The translations under genes and the position numbers were made by a program. Shown in pieces: positions 9,383-17,309 of a DNA stretch of 64,000 nucleotides. The notes below the pieces were generated by a model. The model was given only the letters and a program-made list of their open reading frames with translations. It searched no databases and was not told where the DNA came from. This stretch comes from Terriglobales bacterium (lineage in GTDB: Bacteria > Acidobacteriota > Terriglobia > Terriglobales > SCQP01), in NCBI GenBank assembly GCA_035531375.1, contig DATKSZ010000014.1, positions 23,031 through 87,030 on the forward strand. Reading direction: 5' to 3'. The number at the start of each line of letters is the position of its first letter. Position 1 is the stretch's first letter.

Positions 9383-9416
9383 CGCGTATATCATGCGCGC
9401 CCCCGGAGCCTGTCGC

Positions 9417-10253
9417 ATGACCACCGCCGAGCGCCTCTACCGCAGCCTCAAGCAGGACATCACCACCTGCGCCCTGCGCCCCGGCCAGCCCTTCAGCGAG
9501 GCCGAAATCTGCCGCCGCTACAAGGCCAGCCGCACCCCGGCGCGCGAGGCCTGCCAGCACCTGCAGCGCGAGGGCCTGGTCACCATCGTCCCCTTCCGCG
9601 GCTACTTCGTCGCCCCCCTCACCCTGGCCGAATTCCACAACTTGCATGAGGTGCAGCTCATCGTGGACCCTGCCGCCGCCGGCCTGGCCGCCCTGCGCGC
9701 CCAGCCCGCCCAACTGAAGGCGATGGAACAGTGGGCCGAGTACGAATACCGCGTCGGCGTGCGCGCCAGCTACGTGACCTTCCTGCAGCGCAACTTCAAT
9801 CTGCACGTGGGCATCGCCCAGGCTTCCCACAACCAGCACTTGGTCGAGATCGCCACCACCGTCCAGACCCGGCTGATGCGCTTCTTCTACCTCATCATCG
9901 CCATGGACGCCTATGGCCCCCAACTGGTGCAGGAGCACGAGCAGATCGTGGCCGCCATCCGCGCCCGCCAGCCCGAGCAGGCGCGCCAGCGCGCTGCCGA
10001 GCACGTCACCCACACCATCCGCCGCAGCGCCGGGCTGTTCATGACCTCCACCGAAGCCCGGCTGGGCGAGCTCATCGCCGAGCCCGGCAGCCTGATGCCG
10101 GGCTTTGGCGGCGAGGCGCTGGCCGACGCCGCCGGAGTGCTGGCGCCGAGGGGCGAGCACGGCGACGCTGCCCGCTTCCACACCGCCCGCGAGCAGATCG
10201 AGGTGAATCCGGCCCTCACCGCCAAGGCAGGGCGCAGGAGGCAAGAAGCGTGA
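9417..10253 (+). CDS. GntR family (FadR/FCD-type) transcriptional regulator
   Basis: MTTAERLYRSLKQDITTCALRPGQPFSEAEICRRYKASRTPAREACQHLQREGLVTIVPFRGYFV is a winged-HTH GntR N-terminus, followed by a helical FCD-like C-terminus. ATG 9417 is preferred (GGAG lies 8 nt upstream) over the track start 9393. Confidence 0.85.
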   Translation: MTTAERLYRSLKQDITTCALRPGQPFSEAEICRRYKASRTPAREACQHLQREGLVTIVPFRGYFVAPLTLAEFHNLHEVQLIVDPAAAGLAALRAQPAQLKAMEQWAEYEYRVGVRASYVTFLQRNFNLHVGIAQASHNQHLVEIATTVQTRLMRFFYLIIAMDAYGPQLVQEHEQIVAAIRARQPEQARQRAAEHVTHTIRRSAGLFMTSTEARLGELIAEPGSLMPGFGGEALADAAGVLAPRGEHGDAARFHTAREQIEVNPALTAKAGRRRQEA

Positions 10254-12304
10254 GCAGACAGAACGGCCTGCCCCCCCGCCCCGGCGGCGGTCCGGCGCGG
10301 ATTGCGATTGACACCGGCGGCACCTTCACCGACTGCGTCTACCTCGCCGACGGCCGCCTGCAGGTGCTCAAGCTCTTCTCCACCCCGCAGGACGCCGGCC
10401 AGGCCATCCACCACGCCCTCGCCCAGATCGGCCCCGCCCCCGGCGCCGAGATCCGCCACGGCACCACGGTCGGCACCAACACCCTGCTGGAGCGCACCGG
10501 CGCCCGCGTCGCCTTCGTCACCACCGCCGGCTTCGAGGACACCATCGCCATCGGCCGCCAGGCCCGCCCCCGCCTCTATCAATGGTCCAACCCCGCCCCC
10601 ACCCCGCTCGCCCCCCCCGCCCTGCGCTTCGGCGTGGACGAGCGCACCCTCCCCGACGGCGCCATCCTCCGCCCCGCCTCCGCCGCCGGCCTGCGCGCCC
10701 TCTTCCAGCGCATGGCCGCCGCTCAGCCCGAGGCGGTTGCGGTCTCGCTGCTGTTCAGCTTCGCCAACCCCAAGAACGAGCGCGCCGTGGTGCGCGCCCT
10801 GGAGGAGCTGGGCGTGCCCGTCTCCGCCTCCCACCAGATCCTGCCCGAGTTTCGCGAGTACGAGCGCGGCGCCACCGTCCTCATCAACGCCTACCTCGCC
10901 CCCAAGATGGGCAGCTACCTCCTCCGCTTGCAGGCCCGCCTCGCCCAAGCCTATCCTGGCGCCCGCCTCCACGTCATGCAGTCCTCCGGCGGCATCGTCT
11001 CCGCCCCGGTGGCGGCGCGCGAGCCCGTGCGCACCATCCTTTCCGGCCCGGCCGGCGGCGTGGTCGGCGCCCACCGCCTTGCCCGCCTGGCCGGCTGCGA
11101 GCGCATCCTCACCTTCGACATGGGCGGCACCTCCACCGACGTCGCCCTAGTGGATGGCCACAGCCACGGCGGCCACCTGCGCACCACCAACGAGGCCCAG
11201 GTGATGGGCCTGCCGGTGGGCGTGCCCATGCTCGACATCCACACCGTCGGCGCCGGCGGCGGCTCGCTCGCCAGCTTCGACGGCGGCGGCGCCCTGCGCG
11301 TCGGCCCCGAGTCCGCCGGCGCCGAGCCCGGCCCCATCTGCTACGGGCGCGGCGAGCGCCCCACCGTCACCGACGCCAACCTGCTGCTCGGCCGCCTCGA
11401 CCCCGACGCCTTCCTCGGCGGCGGCCTGCGCCTGGACACCGAGCGCGCCCGCCGCCTCTTCGCCCGCGCCAAGGGCCCCCTCGCCAGCGTCGAGGTCTTC
11501 GCCGACGGCATCGTCCGCCTCGCCGAGGCCACCATGGAGAAGGCGCTGCGCATGATCTCGGTCGAGCGCGGCTTCGATCCGCGCGAATTCACCCTGGTCA
11601 GCTTCGGCGGCGCCGGCCCGCTCCACGCCTGCGCCCTCGCCGCCGGCCTGGAGATACCCCGCGTGCTGGTCCCGCAAATGCCGGGGGCGCTCTCCGCCCT
11701 CGGCATCCTCATGTCCGACATGGTCAAGGACTACTCCCGCACCGTGATGGAGCCAGTCCCCGCCGGCGGCCCGGCGGCGCCGCTGCGCGCCCGCCTCGAG
11801 GCCCACTTCCGCGCCCTCGAGGCCCGCGGCCGGCGCGAGATGCGCGCCGAGGGCCTGGACGGCGTCGGCCTGCGCTCGCTCGATCTGCGCTACGCCGGCC
11901 AGGGCTACGAACTCAACTTGGAGTGGGCCGCCGGCCACGACTTCGCCGACCGCTTTCACCAACTCCACCAGCGCCGCTACGGCTACGCCGACCCCCAGCG
12001 CCCGCTCGAAGTGGTCAATGCCCGCCTGCGCCTGGTCGCCGCCTCCGCTCCGCTCGCCTTTCCCCGCCTGCGCCTCCGCCCCGGCGACGCCCGCCACGCC
12101 CTCGCCGCCCAGCGCCGTGTCTGGTTCGACGGCCGCTTCCGCCGCGCTCCCGTCTACGCCCGCGAGCGCCTCCGCCCCGGCGACCGCTTCGCCGGCCCCG
12201 CCCTGGTCACCGAATACAGCGCCACCACCGTCGTCCCCCCGGGCTGGCGCACCCACGTGGACGCTTGGCAAAACCTGCACCTCGAAAGGACGGCGCGGCC
12301 ATGA
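10250..12304 (+). CDS. hyuA: Hydantoinase/oxoprolinase family, A subunit (HyuA-like)
   Basis: This is the in-frame part of track ORF 9731..12304. GTG 10250 overlaps the gntR stop (GTGA). ARIAIDTGGTFTDCVYL... and ...TFDMGGTSTDVALV are the two ATPase-fold phosphate motifs typical of HyuA/OplA. Confidence 0.9.
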   Translation: MSRQNGLPPRPGGGPARIAIDTGGTFTDCVYLADGRLQVLKLFSTPQDAGQAIHHALAQIGPAPGAEIRHGTTVGTNTLLERTGARVAFVTTAGFEDTIAIGRQARPRLYQWSNPAPTPLAPPALRFGVDERTLPDGAILRPASAAGLRALFQRMAAAQPEAVAVSLLFSFANPKNERAVVRALEELGVPVSASHQILPEFREYERGATVLINAYLAPKMGSYLLRLQARLAQAYPGARLHVMQSSGGIVSAPVAAREPVRTILSGPAGGVVGAHRLARLAGCERILTFDMGGTSTDVALVDGHSHGGHLRTTNEAQVMGLPVGVPMLDIHTVGAGGGSLASFDGGGALRVGPESAGAEPGPICYGRGERPTVTDANLLLGRLDPDAFLGGGLRLDTERARRLFARAKGPLASVEVFADGIVRLAEATMEKALRMISVERGFDPREFTLVSFGGAGPLHACALAAGLEIPRVLVPQMPGALSALGILMSDMVKDYSRTVMEPVPAGGPAAPLRARLEAHFRALEARGRREMRAEGLDGVGLRSLDLRYAGQGYELNLEWAAGHDFADRFHQLHQRRYGYADPQRPLEVVNARLRLVAASAPLAFPRLRLRPGDARHALAAQRRVWFDGRFRRAPVYARERLRPGDRFAGPALVTEYSATTVVPPGWRTHVDAWQNLHLERTARP

Positions 12305-13962
12305 CCCCGCCTCGCTCCCAGCCCGGACGAGCCCGCAAGCCTACCCCGGTGGACGCCATCGATCTCGCCATCTTTAAGAACGCCTTCCACGCCATCGCCG
12401 AGGAGATGGGGGCCACCCTCCGCCGCACCGCCTTCTCCCCCAATATCAAAGAGCGCCGCGACTACTCCAGCGCCCTGTTCGATGCCGCCGGCCAAGTCAT
12501 CGCCATGGGCGACGACATGCCGGTCCACCTCGGCTCCATGCCCATGTCGGTGGCCGCGGCGCTGCGCGCCCTCGCCCTCGCCCCCGGCGACGTCGCCATC
12601 CTCAACGACCCCTATGACGGCGGCACCCACCTGCCCGACATCACCCTGGTGGTGCCGGTGTTTGTGGGGCGCGAAACCCGGCCCGCCTTCTTCGTCGCCA
12701 ACCGCGCCCATCACGCCGACGTCGGCGGCACCTACCCCGGCTCCATGGGCCTGTGCCGCGAGATCTACCAGGAGGGCATCCGCATCCCGCCGCTCAAGCT
12801 GGTCCGCGCCGGCGAGCTCGACTGCGGCCTGCTCGCCCTCATCCTCAACAACGTGCGCACCCCGCGCGAGCGCGAGGGCGACCTGACTGCCCAGATCGGC
12901 GCCTGCCGCATCGGCGCCCAGCGCCTGCAGCAACTGGTGGCCAAGTACGGCCGCGCCCGCGTCGAACGCAACATGGCCGCCATGCTCGACCACTCCGAGC
13001 GCCTGATGCGCGCCGAGCTGCGCCGCATGCCCGCCGGCACTTTCCGCGCCGAGGATTTCCTCGACAGCGACGGCCTCAGCGCCGCCCCGGTGCGGCTGCG
13101 CGTGGCGGTCACGCTCGATCCGCGCCGCGCCCGCGCCGTGGTGGACTTCACCGGCAGCGATGCCCAGGTGGCCGGCAGCGTCAACGCCGTCGCCGCCATC
13201 ACCTATTCGGCGACCTTTTATATCTTCCGCTGCCTGCTGCCGGAAGAGGCCGCCCCCACCGCCGGCCTGATGCGCCCGGTCACCATGGTCATCCCGCCCG
13301 GCAGCGTGGTGGACGCGCGCCCGCCCGCCGCCGTCGCCGGCGGCAACGTCGAGTGCTCGCAGCGCATCGTGGACGTGCTGCTGCGCGCCTTCGCCCAGGT
13401 CCTCCCCGACCGCATCCCCGCCGCCAGCAGCGGCACCATGAACAACCTCACCATCGGCGGCCTCTACCCTCCGGGCGACGCCCGCGCCGGCCAGCCCTAC
13501 GCCTATTACGAGACCTGTGGCGGCGGCATGGGCGCCGCCCCCGGCGCCGACGGCCTCTCCGGCGTCCACACCCACATGAGCAACACCCTCAATACTCCGG
13601 TCGAGGCGCTGGAGTATGCCTACCCCTTCCGCGTCCTCCGCTACGCCTACCGCGCCGGCTCCGGCGGCGACGGCCGCCACCGCGGCGGCGACGGCTTGGT
13701 GCGCGAGCTCGAGCTGCTCGCCCCGGCGCAGGTGACCCTGCTCGCCGATCGCCGCCGCTTCGCCCCCTACGGCCTCGCCGGCGGCGCCGACGGCGCCCGC
13801 GGCCGCACCCTGCTGTTCGAGCCCGGCGCCCAAGGCGCCCTCAGCGAGCGCGAACTCCCCGGCAAGTGCAACCTCTTCGTCGCCCAGGGCGCGCGCCTGC
13901 GCCTGGAGAGTCCCGGCGGCGGCGGCTGGGGTCCGCCTTCCGCCCGCAAGCCCCGTTCCTAG
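12301..13962 (+). CDS. hyuB: Hydantoinase B/oxoprolinase family, B subunit (HyuB-like)
   Basis: ATG 12301 overlaps the hyuA stop (ATGA). DAIDLAIFKNAFHAIAEEMGATLRRTAFSPNIKERRDYSSALFD and DPYDGGTHLPDITLV are characteristic HyuB motifs. Confidence 0.9.
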   Translation: MTPPRSQPGRARKPTPVDAIDLAIFKNAFHAIAEEMGATLRRTAFSPNIKERRDYSSALFDAAGQVIAMGDDMPVHLGSMPMSVAAALRALALAPGDVAILNDPYDGGTHLPDITLVVPVFVGRETRPAFFVANRAHHADVGGTYPGSMGLCREIYQEGIRIPPLKLVRAGELDCGLLALILNNVRTPREREGDLTAQIGACRIGAQRLQQLVAKYGRARVERNMAAMLDHSERLMRAELRRMPAGTFRAEDFLDSDGLSAAPVRLRVAVTLDPRRARAVVDFTGSDAQVAGSVNAVAAITYSATFYIFRCLLPEEAAPTAGLMRPVTMVIPPGSVVDARPPAAVAGGNVECSQRIVDVLLRAFAQVLPDRIPAASSGTMNNLTIGGLYPPGDARAGQPYAYYETCGGGMGAAPGADGLSGVHTHMSNTLNTPVEALEYAYPFRVLRYAYRAGSGGDGRHRGGDGLVRELELLAPAQVTLLADRRRFAPYGLAGGADGARGRTLLFEPGAQGALSERELPGKCNLFVAQGARLRLESPGGGGWGPPSARKPRS

Positions 13963-14414
13963 GCCCAATCCTTGTGCAGCAGCAGCCCGTCCAGCGCGGC
14001 GTGGTAGTAGCGCGGCAGCCGCCGCACCACCCCGTACCCGAGCCGCTCGTAGAAGCGCTGCGCCGCCTGGTTGTTGACCGCCACCTCCAGCCGCATCCCC
14101 CGCGCCCCCTGCTCCCGGTAAAACTTCTCCGCCGCCCGCATCAGCGCCTGCCCCACCCCCTCGCGCCGGTGCTCGGGCGCGACATCCACCGTGATCACAT
14201 GCCCGCGCCCGTGGTGGTGCAGTGTCAGGATAAAGCCCAGCAGCGCGCCCTCCCGCTCGAGCGCCACATGGAACCCGCGCGCCGCCGCCGCCAGGATCTC
14301 CTTGATCTCGGCCTTCGAATAGGCGATCCCGGGCACAAAGCAGCGCTGGTCCAGCACGAACAGCGCCTCGGCGTCGGCCAGGTTCAACGAACGCAACTTG
14401 GGCGAAGCAGCCAC
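13959..14414 (-). CDS. GNAT family N-acetyltransferase (RimI-like)
   Basis: VDVAPEHRREGVGQALMRAAEKFYREQGARGMRLEVAVNNQAAQRFYERLGY contains the acetyl-CoA binding motif (R-x-x-G-x-G). The start is uncertain: GTG 14414 is chosen, and the maximal ORF runs to 14468. The gene is convergent with hyuB. Confidence 0.8.
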   Translation of the reverse strand: MAASPKLRSLNLADAEALFVLDQRCFVPGIAYSKAEIKEILAAAARGFHVALEREGALLGFILTLHHHGRGHVITVDVAPEHRREGVGQALMRAAEKFYREQGARGMRLEVAVNNQAAQRFYERLGYGVVRRLPRYYHAALDGLLLHKDWA

Positions 14415-14440
14415 CCTTCCATAGTAGCCAGTGCCCACCC

Positions 14441-14668
14441 CTAGCGCCGCAGCGCCGCCAGCACCCACCCGGCGATATGGCCCGCCATCAGCCCAAACAG
14501 CCCGGCGGCGGCCACCGCCCCGCCGGCGTGCCGCTGCAGTTGCCGCCCTGGCGCCAACTCCTGCAACTCTCCCCGCAGCCGCTGCTGCAGCGCCCCGGCG
14601 GCCTGTGCCAGCGCGCTCCGCTCCCGCTGCAGCCGCCGTTCGAGTTCAGGCAACGTTGGGGTGGCCAT
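14441..14668 (-). CDS. Hypothetical small tail-anchored membrane protein (75 aa)
   Basis: MATPTLPELERRLQRERSALAQAAGALQQRLRGELQELAPGRQLQRHAGGAVAAAGLFGLMAGHIAGWVLAALRR has a coiled-coil-like N-terminus and one C-terminal TM. Third-position GC in this frame is high by eye. No family was recognised. Confidence 0.3.
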   Translation of the reverse strand: MATPTLPELERRLQRERSALAQAAGALQQRLRGELQELAPGRQLQRHAGGAVAAAGLFGLMAGHIAGWVLAALRR

Positions 14669-14993
14669 CGCCTGCTCTTCGTTCCTGCCGCGCCCGTTTC
14701 GCCCGCCGGCCCCGCTGCCATCCCGAGGCCAAGCCCAGCAGCAAGCCCGCGCCCGCCGCCAGCGCCATCCGTTGCCCCACCTTCCGCAATTGCGGCGCGG
14801 GCGCGCACGCCGCGCCCCGCCCCGCGCCCCAGGCTTGCGCCCCAGACCGCGCGCGATAGGCCCACCGTCCCGCCCGCCGCCCCCAGCGCTCCAGCGCCGT
14901 CTCCCGGCTGGGCCCCGGCGACGGCGCGGGCATCGGGATGGGCTGGGGCGAAGGCATACCGGCACGCATCTCTGCCTTGCCAGATGCCGTCAC
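14646..14993 (-). CDS. Hypothetical small protein with one TM (start uncertain)
   Basis: The ORF ends ...QLRKVGQRMALAAGAGLLLGLASGWQRGRRAKRARQERRAGDGHPNVA, a TM followed by a basic tail. Third-position GC is high. It overlaps the next small ORF by 23 nt. In-frame starts are at 14993 (GTG) and at 14969, 14957 and 14933 (ATG). Confidence 0.2.
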   Translation of the reverse strand: MTASGKAEMRAGMPSPQPIPMPAPSPGPSRETALERWGRRAGRWAYRARSGAQAWGAGRGAACAPAPQLRKVGQRMALAAGAGLLLGLASGWQRGRRAKRARQERRAGDGHPNVA

Positions 14994-15021
14994 GCCCCTG
15001 CTTGTTGGCTGTCCCGCAGTT

Positions 15022-15624
15022 CTAGGCAGCCGCTTGGTGGTAGCGCCGCGCCGACGTAAACGCGTAGTGGATACCCGACACCAAGACCAGCACCGTCACC
15101 GCCAACCACCCGAACTCCTCGATGCCCTGCACCACCGGGTTGCGCAGCCAAGCCTGCAGCAGCGCCGCCCCCACGGTCGCCAACTCCGCCGTAGTGGAGG
15201 CCTTCCCCCACCAAGTGGGACGGAAGTCGCGGAAGCCTCTCCCGAAATACAGCACCGCCGCCGTCGTCAGGATGCAGCCGTCGCGGGTAAAGACCAAAAT
15301 GGTCAGCGCCCAAGGCAACTCGCCCGCCAACGCCAGCGCGATGAACAGCGCCGCCACCAGCGACTTGTCCGCCAGCGGGTCGAGGTAGCTGCCCAGCGCC
15401 GAGCGCTGGTTGAAGTTGCGCGCCAGCCAGCCGTCTACCCCGTCACTGGCGGCGGCGGCGAAAAACACTCCGAAGCCCCAGGCGAACTGCCGGTCCACCA
15501 CCAGCACCACCAGTAGCGGCACCGCCAACAGGCGCAACTCGGTGATCAGGTTGGCAGGGTAGCACCAAGCGGGCCAAGCCGGTTTGGCAGAGGCGAACGA
15601 CGACACGCCTTCATTATGAAGCAC
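15022..15624 (-). CDS. pgsA: CDP-alcohol phosphatidyltransferase (CDP-diacylglycerol--glycerol-3-phosphate 3-phosphatidyltransferase-like)
   Basis: The signature D-G-x2-A-R-x8-G-x3-D-x3-D is present as SDGVDGWLARNFNQRSALGSYLDPLADK. The protein is a multi-TM of 200 aa with a GTG start. Confidence 0.85.
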   Translation of the reverse strand: MLHNEGVSSFASAKPAWPAWCYPANLITELRLLAVPLLVVLVVDRQFAWGFGVFFAAAASDGVDGWLARNFNQRSALGSYLDPLADKSLVAALFIALALAGELPWALTILVFTRDGCILTTAAVLYFGRGFRDFRPTWWGKASTTAELATVGAALLQAWLRNPVVQGIEEFGWLAVTVLVLVSGIHYAFTSARRYHQAAA

Positions 15625-15640
15625 GCCCCCCCGCCTGCTC

Positions 15641-16957
15641 CTAATGTCCGCCCACTGGCGCCGAGGCCGGCGCCGCCGCCGCTGCCGCTGCCGGCTGCAG
15701 CCGCTCCAATTCCGGCAGGTATTCGGCCCGCAGCGCCTGGAATTGCGGCATCAGTTTGCGCCCCACCGGCGCCGCCGGCGGCAGTTTCTTGCGCACCACC
15801 TCGAAGTTCTCGAAGTCGCCGTCGTGCTCGATGCGGAAATCCAAGTGCGGGCCCGTCGCCAGCCCCGTCATCCCCACCAACCCGATGCGCTGCCCCTGGG
15901 CCACGCGCTGGCCCACATGCACCAGAATGCGCGACAGGTGCAGGTACAGGGTCTGGTAGCCGCCCGCGTGCCGAATCTGCACCATGTTCCCGTCGCCGCC
16001 GTAGCGCCCGGCCCGCATCACCACGCCCGCTCCGATCGTCTGCACCGGCGTGCCCGTCGGCGCCGCAAAGTCAATGCCCAAATGGGGCAGATACCGCTTC
16101 AAAATGGGATGGAAGCGGTGATAGCTGAACCCGCTGGAGATGCGCGCCGCGAATTTGAGCGGCGAGCGCAGGAACTCGCGCTTCAGCGGCCGCCCGTTGG
16201 GTTGATAGTAGGCCAGCATCCCCAGGTCGTCGTGGAAGCGCAGCGCCTCGTAGGCGGTGCCGTCGTTGACGTACTCGGCCGCCACGATCTGCCCATAGCC
16301 GGCAAATTTCCCGTCCTCGTAGCGCTTCTCCACCAGCACCCGGAAGACGTCGCCGGGCCGCGTGTCGGTGTAGAAGTCCAAGTCCCAGCCAAAGATATCG
16401 GCGATGGCCACCGCCAGCGGGTCGTGCTCGCCCGCATCCTCCACCGCCTCGAACAGCGAGGATTGCACGCTGCCGCTCACCCCCACCAGCCGGATCTGAA
16501 AGGGGATGGTCTGGATGGAGGCGGTCCAAGCGCCGCCGCCGCCGGGATCAGCCGCGGCCGCGCTGGCGGCGGCCCGCAGCCATAGCCGATGGCTGTCATC
16601 AATCCGGTAGCTCAGCGCCTGCGGCATCCCGGCGGCGTTGCGCACCAGCACCATCGCCTTGCCCGCCTGGATGTGCCCCAGGTTGAACACCGGCCGCGCA
16701 TCCCGCACCCAGGTGGCAATCAGGCCCGCCCCCAAATGAAAGGGCGCCAGCGCGCCGACGAAGGTGCTGCCCCGGGCAATCACCGTCCGCTCTTGCGTGG
16801 TCGCCGGCCTCACCGCCGCCGCCGCTGGGGCCGCCGCTGGGGCCGCCGCTGGGCGCGTCTTCGCCACCGCATGCCCGTGCCACATCCACAGCGCAACCGC
16901 GGAGGCGAATACCACCAGCGCGCCCAACGGGATCATGCGGCGGGGTGCGGAAGCCAT
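15641..16957 (-). CDS. M23 family (LytM-type) metallopeptidase
   Basis: HLGIDFAAPTGTPVQTIGAGVV...QTLYLHLSRILVHVGQRVAQGQRIGLVGMTGLATGPHLDFRI shows the HxxxD and HxH zinc motifs. The N-terminal TM/signal is MIPLGALVVFASAVALWMW. Confidence 0.9.
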   Translation of the reverse strand: MASAPRRMIPLGALVVFASAVALWMWHGHAVAKTRPAAAPAAAPAAAAVRPATTQERTVIARGSTFVGALAPFHLGAGLIATWVRDARPVFNLGHIQAGKAMVLVRNAAGMPQALSYRIDDSHRLWLRAAASAAAADPGGGGAWTASIQTIPFQIRLVGVSGSVQSSLFEAVEDAGEHDPLAVAIADIFGWDLDFYTDTRPGDVFRVLVEKRYEDGKFAGYGQIVAAEYVNDGTAYEALRFHDDLGMLAYYQPNGRPLKREFLRSPLKFAARISSGFSYHRFHPILKRYLPHLGIDFAAPTGTPVQTIGAGVVMRAGRYGGDGNMVQIRHAGGYQTLYLHLSRILVHVGQRVAQGQRIGLVGMTGLATGPHLDFRIEHDGDFENFEVVRKKLPPAAPVGRKLMPQFQALRAEYLPELERLQPAAAAAAAPASAPVGGH

Positions 16958-17005
16958 CTTGGGTTTCGATTGTAACGGAACGATCGCCGCCCGCGTCGCT
17001 TGAAT

Positions 17006-17143
17006 TCAAGCCCGGGGACGCATTTTATGCTCAATGCCGCGCAAAATCAGACGCAAGGCCAAAAACCCTGCCCCCGTGGTCGCTGACATGGCCACCAGCA
17101 GCAGCGCCAAATCTAACAATCGGCTTAACAACAGCGCCAGCAT
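17006..17143 (-). CDS. Possible micro-ORF, 45-aa hydrophobic peptide
   Basis: MLALLLSRLLDLALLLVAMSATTGAGFLALRLILRGIEHKMRPRA. AAGGAAG lies a few nt upstream of the ATG, and the ORF sits 49 nt upstream of the M23 gene on the same strand. Its third-position GC is lower than in neighbouring genes, so it may be spurious. Confidence 0.2.
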   Translation of the reverse strand: MLALLLSRLLDLALLLVAMSATTGAGFLALRLILRGIEHKMRPRA

Positions 17144-17309
17144 GTTCTTCCTTTTGCAATCCTGGTGCCAAAATCCGCCCCGCTCCCGCCCGCCCTCCAC
17201 CACCGCCCTCGGACGCCGCCCGAAGTCCGCTATAATGGGCACTGATTTTGCAAATTCCCGCCTGGCAGCCCCCCCCACAGGGGTTCCGTTCGGTGTGAAC
17301 AGACTACCC

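Noticed and set aside
13959-13962. hyuB and the convergent GNAT gene end on the same palindromic CTAG, giving a 4-nt overlap of the two stop codons.
   Set aside because: This is a curiosity of compact convergent genes. No functional implication can be supported.
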